Positions 1 through 13,034 of a stretch of 64,000 nucleotides of DNA are shown here, in pieces. The notes beneath the pieces were generated by a model. The model made no database searches. It saw only the letters and a program-made list of their open reading frames with translations, and was not told where the DNA came from. The first letter of the stretch is position 1. Each line of letters starts with the position of its first letter. The stretch lies in the NCBI GenBank assembly GCA_009914755.4, contig CP068257.2, positions 34,272,001-34,336,000 on the forward strand. Reading direction: 5' to 3'. This DNA is from the human T2T-CHM13v2.0 reference genome, Homo sapiens. A program made the position numbers and the translations under genes.

Positions 1-1084
1 TATGATTATTACTGAAAGTACAGACAAAAGTAAGCCTGGACATTGTTTAATTTAAATACTTTAAATAGTCCCTGCTTTAAGGGAATACGATAATATATAC
101 TATGACAAATGTACTTTATTCTTCTAACACAGTAAGAATTACTTGGAATTTTTTCCTGAAATGAAGTGCAGGAAAGCCCTGTGCATCTTGGGTTAGTGAT
201 GGTTTCATTTCTAGCCAATTATTTGTATCTTAAGTTTTTGTTAGTACCAAAATAATCTGTTATATGAACAGACTTTTAAAATAATTTCTGTATATTATAT
301 ATATAAGAAAGCTTTTATTGAACAGCTTATCTTCCACTTGCAAGTTTATGGAAATATCAGTATGTCAAAATAAATAAAAAGTGGGAGAATTATTTGGTAT
401 TAGAAGAATGTTTTAATTATTTTGATTTTTTTAATGGGATATAATCAAAGTACTGCTGAACTATAGGTGCAGTATTCTACTAAACATTTCAGCTAGTAAT
501 ACCACTGATTTAGAAACAAAACTGCTTATCTCTGCCTTCTGAATTTAGAATGTTGAGATTACCTGTTTAAATCTGTTTTGGGGGATGTAGACATTAAGTC
601 TGTACATACATGTGTACATATATTCATGCACCTTCTGATTTTGGTTTTCTTGTTTTTGAGTTCTTAGAAAGTATTCACATACTCTTTTTTTTGGTAGAAG
701 TAGCTGTTGTACAATGAAGAAAAGGATAAGACTTTAAACAGTTGATTCTGTTTGTGTTTTCTCCAAATTATTTTTTGAAATTTACCTTACAAGCAAACTC
801 ATTTTCTGGTTTTCAGAAATAGATGATTATTTCAGAGCAGTAAGACATGACAAACAGCATGCCCAGGAGGATTTTAGGTAGTCAAATTCAGCTGAGAAAA
901 AGGTGTTTTCAAGTCATAAGTTGCTCATTGATATGGTATGAACTAGTCAAAATATGAACCATTATAATTCAAGTTAGATTTTCTTCTGGAGAGACAGATT
1001 TGAATGTTCAGTTCTAGCCACAGTAGATTTTACTTTCAACTTTTTAATCAATATCACTTTCTGTGCTTAACTCCTTGGTGTTGC

Positions 1085-1827
1085 CTTGTCCGTTTTCATT
1101 AATCAAATTCTGCAGGGATGACTAAAATTTGACATAATGGTATAAATGGATTGTTAAGAATAACTTTAAGTTGAAGATTAAAGCAAGATGCCATTTTCCC
1201 CATGACTTCGATTTTGTTTACATTTTTTCCTTTAAGTTAGTATACACTACACATACATAAAATACAATAATATGACAACAAAAGGAATAAATGTTCTTAT
1301 TTTATAGAATAATAAAATGTCTGATATTGGGATATGACTGGTGGTGTTATATTCATAATTGTTGTAATAAAATTAGTAACTCCTAAAATTAATGGAATAC
1401 CTGCGAAGCGTAATGAGAAAATTGTAAGAGGCTCCTGCGTGTGCTAAATTTCCAACTAAAGCTGCTTATCCTGTCCCAGCTCCAGCTTCTACTAGTAAAG
1501 GGGCAAGCAGAAGTCAAAACGATGGTGAAAAAAGTCAGAAGCTTATATTGTTTATAAGAGAATGCTGTATCTCGGCTCAGTCATTTAGGGAGCTAATCAG
1601 TTACCAAGTCCTCTTATTTTAATTGGCATATCCATTAAAAGATTATTACAAATGCATGGGCAGTTATAATGACATAAATTTGATCATTGCCTAATAGGGC
1701 TCCTGGTTGACCCAGTTTGGCTCATATTAAGAGATTTATGTCAGTTCCTACTACTCTGGCTCAAGCACCGAATACTATAATGTGCCAATATCTTTGTGTT
1801 TGTTGAAAATAATCAATGATTAATCAA
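1085..1827 (-). pseudogene. MT-CO1-derived pseudogene fragment (about the first 700 nt of COI) within the NUMT
   Basis: The reverse complement from 1827 leftwards matches the human COI start (acaaacacaaagatattgg..., ..gcccatgcatttgtaataatc.., ..aacaatataagcttctgac.., ..gtagaagctggagctgggacagg..). It has frameshifts and stops. Similarity fades left of about 1100. Confidence 0.8.
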
Positions 1828-2151
1828 TATAGGTAGAAGAGTGAAATGGCTGAGGAAGCCTTAATCCGTAATCTAAAGACAGAGGTTGAACCCTCTTTTT
1901 ACTGTGCCTCAAGGTGAATAGTCACATCAAATTGCAAACTCAAAGATGCAGCTTCAATTCTGCCAGGGCTTCCCCTGCCCTTTTCTCTCAACAGCAGAAG
2001 TAGACTGAAGACAGGTGATTAGGGTATTTCACTGTTAATGAAATTTTCTTGAGGTTGGATACTACCAATCTAATGAGGATTTAGTTTAATTAAAATGTTT
2101 GATTTGCATTCAATTGATGTAAGATAGAGAGTGTTGCAGTCCTTAATTTTT
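1828..2151. pseudogene. Remnant of the mt tRNA cluster (tRNA-Tyr, tRNA-Cys, OriL, tRNA-Asn, tRNA-Ala) within the NUMT
   Basis: The reverse complement matches the human sequence between ND2 and COI (aaggactgcaa...catcaattgaatgcaaatca...ttaattaaactaa...gcagaattgaagctgc...gtaaaaagaggg...ctgtctttagatt...). The OriL stem is degraded. Confidence 0.6.
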
Positions 2152-2219
2152 CAGGAATAAAATATAAAATATTGCTTAGGGCTTTGAAGGCTTTTGGTCT
2201 GCCTAACCTAAATTCCTAA
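2152..2219 (-). pseudogene. mt tRNA-Trp-derived sequence (NUMT copy)
   Basis: The reverse complement aggaatttaggttaggcagaccaaaagccttcaaagccctaagcaat... matches human mt tRNA-Trp AGAAATTTAGGTTAAATACAGACCAAGAGCCTTCAAAGCCCTCAGTAAG.... Confidence 0.7.
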
Positions 2220-3217
2220 TCCAATGTTGAGAATACTGGTTTAAGTGGGAAGAAAAAGGCTGATAACAAAATAAGCGAGGGAAGGAAGAATGTTTATTTT
2301 ATATTTTCAAATTGTCATTTTGTTTTTATGTTATTGGTTTTGGGGAACGTCTTTAATGATGTAGAATAGATTAATCCCATACAAAAACATAAGTTGAGTA
2401 GGGCTTTGATGGTGATAAATGTTAGTATAATAACGCTGTTATTTTTTGTTAATTCTTGGCTAATAAGTCATTTGGTAAAAATCGTGTAAGAGGAGGTAGG
2501 TCTTTTGGAGATAATAGAAATATAAAGATATGGGAGTTATTAGTGATAACTTACCCCATGTATGTAATAATGATAATGTATGGGAGTTATATTTAAATTG
2601 AATAAATATGAATACAGTGATTATTAATATTTTGTAATTAGTAGATGTAACATTATTGTAGAAAGGTTGTAGGTTAGAGTGGACATTATTTAGTCTATAT
2701 GTGCAATTAATAGGCCAGAATTTTGTATAGTTATGCCTGATTTAGTCTTCCTCATTCTCCTATCAGAATTGATAATATAGCAGTAATTAATATTACATTT
2801 GGGTTAATTGATGATACTTGGAATTGAGATTAGTGCCAGTTTTTGTCATATTAATAAGATTATGCCTGATGTTATTGGAATTCCTTGTCTTACTTCTGGG
2901 ACTCAGAAATGGAATGGAGAAAGCCCACTTTTTATAATTACTGTTATAGTGATTATTACAGATGCTATTGGGTTGGGAATTTTTATGATTGTTCACTACC
3001 CAGAATATGATATATCAAGACACCTACTATTAGGACTGTAGATGCAGTTGTGTTAAGAAATATTTAGTAGCTGCTTCTTTGGATCATGAATTTAATTTTT
3101 TATTAAAATGAGAATAATGGCTAGTACATTTATTTCTAGTCCTATTCAGATTATTAATCAGTGCAAGCTAAATATTGTAAGTATAGTTCCTGTAAATTTC
3201 TGGCTCACGGTTCACAT
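2220..3217 (-). pseudogene. MT-ND2-derived pseudogene (essentially full length), with a frameshift and stops
   Basis: The reverse complement is collinear with human ND2 from near the start (..cac tga tta ata atc tga ata gga cta gaa ata aat.. vs CAC TGA TTT TTT ACC TGA GTA GGC CTA GAA ATA AAC) to the 3' end abutting tRNA-Trp. A 1-bp deletion in an A-run plus TAA/TAG stops make it non-functional. TGA codons sit at Trp positions. Confidence 0.85.
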
Positions 3218-3264
3218 CACTCTCTGTTATATAGTATACAGAGACATACGTATTATATATATAT

Positions 3265-3330
3265 GATATCTTTCTAAAAATAACCAATGAAATTGCTTTA
3301 GTAAGCATTGCCATGTCATTTTTGGAGGGA
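3265..3330 (-). pseudogene. Possible mt tRNA-Met remnant at the NUMT edge. tRNA-Gln and tRNA-Ile remnants further right (to about 3450) are uncertain
   Basis: The reverse complement contains ..tcattggttatttttagaaag.., resembling the tRNA-Met 3' part ATGTTGGTTATACCCTTCC. A TA-rich expansion separates it from the ND2 start. Confidence 0.3.
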
Positions 3331-5065
3331 GAAAGATAGGGAGCAAAGAAGGAAATGGGTAAGATGGGCCCCAATCTAAACCTCAGGTGTGCTTCCCACA
3401 AAAGGTTCCAGAGAGTCTCTGGATTCCCCACAACCAGAGAGCAACAGCAGGTGGAGTTAGATTGGAGATGAAAGCATTTCAGATAAATGTTTGTTGACTC
3501 ACATGTAAGGAGAAAATTTACCAGGCTGCCTAAGAGGAAAAGATCTTGGCCCAAACCTTTTCCTTAATCAATGGAAGAATCCCCATTTTCCCCCACTACA
3601 AAGAAAGGAGCAAAGAGCCAGCCACGAGGTGGTCAATCTGCACCAGCTCAGACATGAGTGCAAGGACATTCTATGGCCTGGAATCTTCAACGCACATGAA
3701 AAGGGCTTTTTCTATCCATAAATGGTAATGATCTACAACAATAGGGCTGTGACACTGGAAGATACCAATTCCTACATCTTGCTTTGCTGAGGACACTCAC
3801 GGTTTTAGCCTCAGACCTTCCTAGATTACATTTTAGCTTTAGTTCATATTCTCATATTTGTCCTAAATGTCAGCCTCTGATCAAGCTCATTAAACAGAGG
3901 CTGGCCCTTCCCACAGGGGGCTTATTATCTCAGCCAGACAATTCTTGCCAGTAGGCAAGAGGAAGAAGACAAGCAAACTTATAAGAGTTGTAAAGAATGG
4001 AACTGGGACCCAAATTATGAGCTAAGGCCTTGAGTAAACATATACAGAGGTTCCAGGTAAATGGTGATTCTGTTTACAGTGGAACAGGGCCTTCTTATCC
4101 AGGATTTCTCCTCCTAGCTGATCTGATTAGCAGCTCCTTATTCATATCTCCTGCTCCAAAGTTTTCCATTGCCACATATACAGGTAATGGTATTTTGCAC
4201 AAGAAGATAAGCATGATTCAATAGAGGTAGGAGGGTCTGGTAATCAGCTACAACATCAATTGCAATATATGATCACTAGTAACATTCCCAACAGGTGTGG
4301 CCCCACCTCTTCCTCTGCATGGAAAACAATTAATGGTATCTTTTTTGCTATCCTTGGATTGTGACTAAAGTATGAGGTGCTTTCATCATAATTAGAGGTG
4401 CTGTGTCACCAGGATCTATGTTAATGAGCAACCAGAACTTCCTGGAAGATAATAGCCCAAGAAGCAACCCACTGTCATCAGTGAAGAAGTGACTCTGGGA
4501 AGACGTTGGTGCTTGGTTGGTTTCCTGAGCCCGGCCCAGCCCAATCTGCAATATGTAGAGACCGCAACTGAAAAGGGAGGTTGTTTTCACTAACAATATC
4601 CAAGGCACTGAGGAAGGGGTGGCTCTGCTTCAGTGACCTTTCATGAAGTACACACCAGGTGAAAAGAGGAATTTGCTCCACAAAAAACTACACAGCTGTG
4701 GCTCCTAAGGGCTCCAAGTATCATCAGCACAAGCAGAGGAGATGGCGCCCAGGGCAGCAGCAGAGTGGCCTGGAGGGCAGGTGTCGCTCACCCCAGGGGT
4801 GGCAGATGGTCTCAGGTAGACCTGGATGACAACGGAGGAGTCTCTGCTGGCACCTTCCCAGGCATCAAGGAAATAAAATGGCAGCTGCCACACGGTAACT
4901 AAGCCCTGGAACCATTTAGGAGAAAGGTTTCTGAGGGCCAATGTCCCAAAGCAGCTAGAAAAATAAGGTCATCAATACTAGTGTGAACCTCTTTTAAGCC
5001 CCATGAGTTGTAAGATCTTAACCACAGTCTACAACTTCAAACTTTTTCTAGGATGTAAAAATTGT

Positions 5066-5406
<341 letters not shown>

Positions 5407-5734
5407 TCAGAGATTCCTTCTTCTCTGATCTCTCTTCAGAATCAGGTTTCACCAGCTTAACCTGAGACTTAAAGGTGCTGAAAAATGAAGGTTTCAGGTG
5501 AATAAATGGGACTGCAGAACAGAGATTGGCAGCTATCATTATAACCTAGTGCCAAAGGGGTTAGACCCATGGGTTCCACCTGTCTGGTGAATAATCACCT
5601 TCACTAAGAAGATGGTCATCTACCAGTTATGACCTGACATCCTACTCAATGCCTTCGAGTAGGAGAGTATAAAGAGTATAAAGAGGACTAGCTATCACTT
5701 CTCAGCTTTTGGCTAAGAACAAGTGAAGGGCACC

Positions 5735-5946
5735 GGCTTTGGAATTGTAAAGATATGAATTCAAATCCCAGTTCTTCTATTTGCTCATAGTATGAATTTT
5801 AACAAATTAGGTGACCTCTCTGCTTCTTGGATGCCTCAGCTATCACACAGAATATATCTAATGGGATATTTTGCAGGACTATTTTTCAGCGTTAAATTAA
5901 ACATGTCAAGCTTCTAACAGAATGCCTGACATATAGTAGTTGCCTT
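5735..5946 (+). mobile_element. MIR SINE fragment, followed by an A-run at 5947-5965
   Basis: ..attcaaatcccagttcttctatttgctcatag...gacctctctgcttc..cctcagc...aatgcctgacatatagtag resembles the MIR core and 3' end. Confidence 0.6.
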
Positions 5947-6387
5947 AAAAAAAAAAAAAAAAAAGTAGCTACTGCTATTAACTAGCCAACTTTCAACAGC
6001 TCCCCTTATACATAAAGTGGGCATGAAAGCAAATTAGAGCTGGATCCTACTAATGGGGGGCCAGGAACAGTAAATGTGTTTGGAAAGCCATAGGATTTGA
6101 GAGAGAAAATCTCACAGATGGCATGATCCAATTCTATCATTTTTTAGTTATAGAACAGAAGCTAAGTGTCAAAATTAGGCCATGCGGTCAATGAGAGACA
6201 GAACAGAACACAAATCCATGCTTGGCTATGGTTATGGGTTGAATTGTATGTTCCAGAATAAGATATGTTGGAGTCCTACCCCCAGAAGCTCCAAATGGCC
6301 TTACTTAGTAGGATCTTTACAGAGGTCATCAAGTGAAAAGGAGGTCCTTCGTATCATTCTCATGCCTTTGCATTCTCATAGCTTAGT

Positions 6388-6612
6388 TCCCACTTATGAA
6401 TGAGAACATGCGATGTTTGGTTTTCCATTCCCCTGGGGGAAAGGGTGGGAGGGGGTTGAGGGATAAAGGACTACAAATTTAGTTCAGTGTATACTGCTCA
6501 GGTGATGGGCTCACCAAAATCTCACAAGTCACCCCCAAAGAACTTACTCTTGAAACTACATACCACCATTTCCCCAAAAACCTATGGAAATAAAAAAATA
6601 ACAAATAAATAA
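6388..6612 (+). mobile_element. Old L1 (L1PB/L1MA-like) 3' end fragment
   Basis: ggtgatgggctcaccaaaatctcacaagtcacc..aaagaacttactc...ccccaaaaacctatggaaataaaaa is the characteristic 3' terminus of older L1 subfamilies. A short inverted piece (cccacttatgaatgagaacatg) sits at the 5' edge. Confidence 0.55.
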
Positions 6613-6624
6613 AAGGAGGTGCTC

Positions 6625-6928
6625 AGGAAGGGCTCTAATCCAATATGCCTGGTGTCTTTATCAAAAGGGGAAATTTGGACACAGAGACATGCACACAGGG
6701 AGGACACCCTGTGAAGACTGGAGTTACACTGCCACAGTCAAGGAATTCCAGCAGGTAGAAGAGAGGTCTGGAGTGGATCTTCCCCTGGCACCTTCACAGG
6801 GGACCTGGTCCTGCAGACACCTTGATCTCAGACTGCTGGCCTCCAGAAGTCTGAGCTAATACATTTCTGTGGTTTAGCCACTCTGGTTTTGGTATTTTGT
6901 TTAGGCAGCCTTAACAAACTAAAATAAC
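6625..6928 (+). mobile_element. MaLR-type (MST/MLT1-like) LTR fragment, 3' half
   Basis: ..ctaatccaatatgcctggtgtc..aaaaggggaaatttggacacagagacatgcacacaggga...ccttgatctcagactgctggcctccagaag.. parallels THE1/MST LTR architecture. The family name is uncertain. Confidence 0.4.
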
Positions 6929-7894
6929 TACTTCCCAGTCCACTAAGCCACCATACCAGTAGTTTTCCAATTCTGTTCCGTTGGCCCCTAGGGTCCCGGG
7001 TAGATGTTTAATAAGTGGCTCTCAGGAGAGGGTGTGGGAGACCTGATGTGCAGTTGCTGCCAATTTCCATGGTGTAAACACTCCCCCTATGGCCAATTTC
7101 AAGCTCCCAGTGTGTGGTCACTGAATGCAGAGCTGGGAATTGCTGCACACAGTCACTCTCATGACCAGGAGGAGACACCAGGAGGTACCTCAGGGATGGC
7201 ATGGGGTAAGGGGAGGACCAAAGAAGCAGGACGCCAGCATTGCCACCAGCCCAAACTAAGCACTGTATGTATGAGAGCAACACAACTGAAACTGTAAGCT
7301 CCACTGCAGTAGCCCATGACCATCAAAGCAACAAACCCACTTCCTTTTCAACCTGAAGTTTTTTGTATCTGTTACATGCCTAGACCTCTGGAACCCCAGG
7401 CCACTGTCTGTAAAGATCCAGCAGTTTTAGAGGTCACTCAGGGGCGCTTAGTGGAGGTCACCCTTCTCATCCCTGGCCTCTGTTTCTTGCTCATTAAAGA
7501 TCGTGCTGCTTTTCACTCACCTAGAGATGAATTTCAAAAAGAATGTCTTTCTTTCACATTCGGCAGGAGATCAAATTCCCCCTCCTCTCTCAAAAAACAC
7601 TCTTTAGGAAAAGAATTCCAGAAGAATCTACCCACAGATTCTGAGTCCTTAATCTAGCTATCCAGTGTGACACAGAACTCAGACACTGTGAGAAGGTTTT
7701 GCTTTTACTGGGCCTGTTCTCCAGGTCTGTGCTTTCTAATTATAAAGTTGATGTCTCAGTCCTTCTTTGATCAGTTCAACTAAGAGGACTTGGTGTTTAT
7801 GGCAATTGAATTGCTTCTTTGTCACGATGTCAGATTCGTCCCACCGTTCAACTACCTCTAACACACGAATTGTATCAACTAAGCGCATCAAACA

Positions 7895-8140
7895 GTAATG
7901 GTGAAAGGGAGAGGGACTAGTGCAGTGGCTCTCAACTGGGGGCAGTTTTTCCCCCCAGGAGACGTTTGGTGGTGTTTGGACACATTTTTGATGGTCACAG
8001 CCAGAGAAAGGGATGCTACTGGCATCTGGTACGTAGAGGCCAGGGTTGCTGCTACCTATTGTACAAGGCATAGAGCAGCCCCACAAGATAAAGAATTATC
8101 TAGTCTAACTATCAATAGTGAGAGGTTGAAAAACCCTAAA
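7895..8140. repeat. Probable ancient interspersed repeat (MER-type), family not identified
   Basis: ..agtggctctcaactgggggcagtttttccccccaggagacgtttggtggtgtttggacacatttttgatggtcacag..ggatgctactggcatctgg..gaggccagggttgctgctac.. resembles a common mammalian repeat consensus recalled from memory. Confidence 0.3.
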
Positions 8141-8752
8141 TTCATGAAATGGGGAGCCCAGAACACATTGACTGGGATAGATTTGGTCATTGTCCTATCA
8201 CCGTACTAAGGTGCTGGCCAGTAAGACGGTCTAAAGATAGAGGCATATCTTATACATATGACACACGAAGAAGAACCTCTATACAACTAAATTATTTTCA
8301 ATAATAATTATGTAATAATAAGCAACAACCATTATTTTCTTTAATTTTGCAGCAATTTAAAAAGTTAAAAATACATTTCTATTTTAAAAATTTTATTCAA
8401 ATTCAAGAAAATACTTAATGTATGAACTAAACTTTGCACTTACCAAACAAAAACATTTTACCTTGCAGCTCTCATTGTTTTATTTTAAAATTCATGTTAA
8501 TCAATGGGGAAAAGATTCCCTATTTAATAAATGGTGCTGGGAGAATTGGCTAGCCATATGCAGAAAATTGAAACTGGATCCCTTCCTTACACCTTATACA
8601 CAAGTTAACTCAAGATGGATTAAAGACTTAAATGTAAAACCCAAAACTATAAAAACCCTAGAAGAAAATCTAGGCAATACCATTCAGGACATAGGCATGG
8701 GCAAAGATTTTTATAATGAAATTGCCAAAAGCAATTGCGACAAAAGCCAAAA

Positions 8753-9678
8753 GCCGCCCCGTCCGGGAGGGAGGTGGGGGGGTCAGCCCCCCGCCCGGCC
8801 AGCTGCCCCATCCGGGAGGTGAGGGGCGCCTCTGCCCGGCCGCCCCTACTGGGAAGTGAGGAGCCCCTCTGCCCGGCCAGCCGCCCCATCCGGGAGGGAG
8901 GTGGGGGGGTCAGCCCCCCACCCGGCCAGCCGCCCCGTCCGGGAGGTGAGGGGCGCCTCTGCCCGGCTGCCCCTACTGGGAAGTGAGGAGCCCCTCTGCC
9001 TGGCCAGCCGCCCAGTCCGGGAGGGAGGTGGGGGGGTCAGCCCCCCGCCCGGCCAGCCGCCCCGTCCGGGAGGTGAGGGGCGCCTCTGCCCGGCTGCCCC
9101 TACTGGGAAGTGAGGAGCCCCTCTGCCCGGCCACCACCCCGTCTGGGAGGTGTACCCAACAGCTCATTGAGAACGGGCCATGATGACAATGGCGGTTTTG
9201 TGGAATCGAAAGAGGGGAAAGGTGGGGAAAAGATTGAGAAATCGGATGGTTGCCGTGTCTGTGTAGAAAGAAGTAGACATGGGAGACTTTTTATTTTGTT
9301 CTGTACTAAGAAAAATTCTTCTGCCTTGGGATCCTGTTGATCTGTGACCTTACCCCCAACCCTGTGCTCTCTGAAACATGTGCTGTGTCCACTCAGGGTT
9401 AAATGGATTAAGGGCGGTGCAAGATGTGCTTTGTTAAACAGATGCTTGAAGGCAGCATGCTCGTTAAGAGTCATCACCACTCCCTAATCTTAAGTACCCA
9501 GGGACACAAACACTGCGGAAGGCCGCAGGGTCCTCTGCCTAGGAAAACCAGAGACCTTTGTTCACTTGTTTATCTGCTGACCTTCCCTTCACTATTGTCC
9601 TATGACCCTGCCAAATCCCCCTCTGCAAGAAACACCCAAAAATGATCAATAAAAAAATAAAAAAAATAAAAAAAAAAA
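8753..9678 (+). mobile_element. SVA retrotransposon, 5'-truncated (GC-rich VNTR 8753-9160, SINE-R 9160-9650, poly-A 9651-9678), inserted inside the L1
   Basis: The VNTR has tandem units of about 37-49 bp (ccgccccgtccgggagggaggtgggggggtcagccccccgcccggccag.. alternating with ccgtccgggaggtgaggggcgcctctgcccggc(c/t)gcccctactgggaagtgaggagcccctctgcc). It is followed by canonical SINE-R sequence (..gggaggtgtacccaacagctcattgagaacgggccatgatgacaatggcggttttgtgg...ccaaatccccctctgc.agaaacacccaa.aatgatcaataaaaaa). Confidence 0.85.
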
Positions 9679-10241
9679 TTGACAAATGTGGTCTAATTAA
9701 ACTAAAAAGCTTCTGCACAGTAAATGAAACTATCATCAGAGTGAACAGAAAACCTACAGAACAGAAGAAAATTTTTGCAATCTATCCATCTGACAAAGGT
9801 CTAATATCCAGAATCTACAAGAAACTTAAGAAAATTAACAAGAAAAAAAACCATTAAAAAGTAGACAAATGATATGGACAGACACTTCTCAAAAAAAAAA
9901 AAAAAGACAGACATGAGGCCAACAAACGTATGAAAAATAGCTCAACATCACTGATCATTAGAGAAATACAAATCAAAACCACAATGAGATGCCATCTCAC
10001 ACCAGTCAGAATGGCGATTATTAGAAAGTCAAGAAACAAAAGATGCTGGTGAGATTGTGGAGAAATAGGAATGCTTTTACACTGTTGGTGGGAATGTAAA
10101 TTAGAATCAACTATTGTGGAAGACAGTGTGGTGATTCCTCAAAGATCTGGAGGCAGAAATACCACTGGACCCAGCAATCTCCTCACTGGGTATATACCCA
10201 AAGGAATGTAAATCATTCTATTATAAAGATACATGTACATG

Positions 10242-10561
<320 letters not shown>

Positions 10562-13034
10562 TCATTGCAGCACTATTCACAAGAGCAAAGACATGGAATC
10601 AACCCAAATGCCCATCAATGATAGACTGGATAAAGAAAATGTGATACATATACACCACGGAATACTATGCAGACACAAAAAGGAATGAGATCATGTCCTT
10701 TGCAGGGATACAGTTAAAGCTGGAAGCCATTATCCTCAGCAAACTAATGCAGGAACAGAAAACCAAACACCACATGTTCTCACTTATAAGTGGGAGCTGA
10801 ACAATATGGACACAGGAAGGGGAACAACACACATTAGGGCCTGTCAGGGGAGAGTTGGGAGGGGAGAGCATTAGGGAAAAGAGCTAATGCATGCTGAGCT
10901 TAATACCTAGGTGATAGGTTGATAGGTGCAGCACACCACCATGGCACATCTTTACCTATGTAACAAACCTGCACATCCTGCACATGTACCCTAGAACTTT
11001 AAAAATATATATTATTTAAAAATGAAATAAGATAAAATTCATGTTAAATTTTAAACACAAAAACTCCAAATGTTCACACAGAATAACAGAATTAGAGTAA
11101 CTCGAGTCTTGTTTCTTCATCTTTACAATCACTGTGCTAATGTTGTTTGTTTGCAATCCACAGTTTAAAGGCAGGAATGTATACTACTATAGGTTTGGAG
11201 GCACAAACTAAACCCCAAGTGAGCTCAAATGGTTCTAAATATTTTTGAACTTCATTTCAAAAAGAACACTGAGTCCACAGATTGAGGGGCAGGGAGTGAA
11301 CTCCCTGTATAACCAAATTGTAATTGTAACTTCCATGTGAAATAGAGCTTATCTATGAGCCTTGGAGTAAAATACCACCATGTTCTCTATGTTCTAGTGG
11401 TCACCCAGGCCAGCTGCTTCGACGTGGATAGGGGCTACACAGGACATGAATATCATGAGAAGGTGAGGATCACTGAGGACCATCTTGGAGGCTGGCTACC
11501 ACATTTAAATTTCAAGATGGTCTTCAGTTTGGAATTCACTGTTGGTCATTAGTTTGCTTAGTGGAGACCTACTATGCGATACCAAGTGAAATCTTTGTTT
11601 CTCTGCTTTAATGGAGGGCATAGATAATGCACCAAGAGGACTTTCTTATTACAGCATTGGATATTTTCAATGCCTTGTTCATATTCCTGTTGCTTCACTC
11701 ATGGCCAGCCCTGTTCTCACAAGAGGCAAGCTGAGCTGCCAAGCTAGCCAAGCACGGTTATTATGAACAATATATTACGACCATCTTGGACAGCTCCAAT
11801 TAGCAAGAAATATGAGTAGTAACTGGTTCTGAATTGGAGCAAACACTTAGAGGGAAGCATTATTTTGATAAATGATCAAGATCTTTCAAACCTCAAATTC
11901 ACTGCCTGAAATAACTCAGTACCACGTTATGCCACGTCTGTTCCAGTTCAGTCACTCATTCACTCATTTCACCTTTCTCCCTTTGCATGCAGCATTTAGA
12001 AGCTCACAAATACTCACTGAATAAACAATACTAACAACAAGTAAAGGCTTGTAATAATTTGACAGTTTCATTCTAAATTTAGCATAGAAAAAAACATTAA
12101 ATACTAAAACATCCACTTAAAAATTATATAAGCTCAAAATTATATATCACTGTCATAAATGTTGATGAAGATTAAATAACATGAGGAAACAACTGTAACA
12201 AAGCAGAAAATAAAAATTGTTTTGACAGTATTTTTCAAACTGAAAAAAGCAGGGAGCCCTCTTAGCATAGCTGGCAGCATGTCAATCTCACAAACTGGAA
12301 AAAGCAGCTATTATAGAAAATATATTCTGGATAAATATATAATAAATTTACATATTAGTTGTGTTTTAATGTTAGAATGAAATTGATACATATTCCTTTT
12401 TCTACTTTTTTGAATTTCTATTTTCTCATAAAGTTTTCAGCAGTACAATTTTATGGGGCATGATCTTTAGTTAACAATGTACTATTATGTAATGCAAGAA
12501 GTAAAATAGCCTAGTAGAAAAGCATAGTAGAAAGAATGCTGGCCTAATGAGAAATCCTGGGAATAAGCACCTGCCATTGCTAATGAGCAGGATGACACCT
12601 CTTCACTTCTCAACCTCTTTATCTGTGAAAGATAAGAACAGGAAATACTACTCACTTTATGCCAGCGAAATACAAAAATTTATTAGGAGTAGATCTCATG
12701 TTTTCTTACTACAAAAACAAACAAACAAACAAAGAGACACCAGGAACCTTGGGAGGTGTGGGATATGTCTATTAATATGTCTATTACCTTAATTGTGGTG
12801 ATGAAATCATGGTGTTTGCATATGTCCAAACTCATCAAATTGTTTATATTAAACGAGTATGGTTTTTGCATATCAATATACCTCAATAAAACTGTTTTTT
12901 AAAAGGTATGAGACAGATTTCAGTGTTTCAGAGTTGCTACCTTTGTAAAAAGCAAGCTAAGAAAAATATAATTCCAAACACATTGACTTCTTTTATTGTT
13001 TAGCTGAAGAGATTATAGCCTGATCACTTCTGTT

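Larger units (their letters stand above)
1085..3330 (-). other. NUMT: nuclear insertion of mitochondrial DNA, inverted in this window. It spans COI 5' part, the tRNA-Tyr/Cys/OriL/Asn/Ala/Trp cluster, ND2 and a tRNA-Met remnant, about 70-80% identical to human mtDNA
   Basis: The reverse complement aligns collinearly with human mtDNA from roughly rCRS 4400 to 6700. COI motif: acagcccatgcatttgtaataatctt. ND2 motif: ttctgagtcccagaagtaagacaagg...acatgacaaaaactggcactaatctcaat. Between them lies a tRNA-Ala/Asn/OriL/Cys/Tyr-like block and a tRNA-Trp-like sequence. Reading frames carry mitochondrial TGA=Trp codons at conserved Trp positions. Confidence 0.85.

Noticed and set aside
2793-3554. Short ORFs on both strands inside 2793-3554
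   Set aside because: They lie in the NUMT ND2 and tRNA region. Standard-code ORFs there are meaningless because the source used the mitochondrial code, and the copy carries frameshifts and stops.
6388-6425. A short L1 segment (cccacttatgaatgagaacatgcgatgtttgg) apparently inverted relative to the adjacent L1 3' end, possibly from a twin-priming inversion
   Set aside because: Only about 35 bp is involved, and I cannot exclude that older L1 subfamilies simply differ here. Consensus alignment would be needed.
8418-9183. ORFs of 134, 83, 85 and 66 aa overlapping a GC-rich tandem region
   Set aside because: 8418-8752 is the C-terminal remnant of L1 ORF2 ([19 protein letters not shown]...). The remainder are frames through the SVA VNTR and SINE-R, whose GC-richness suppresses stop codons. 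This is not a host gene or a CpG-island promoter.
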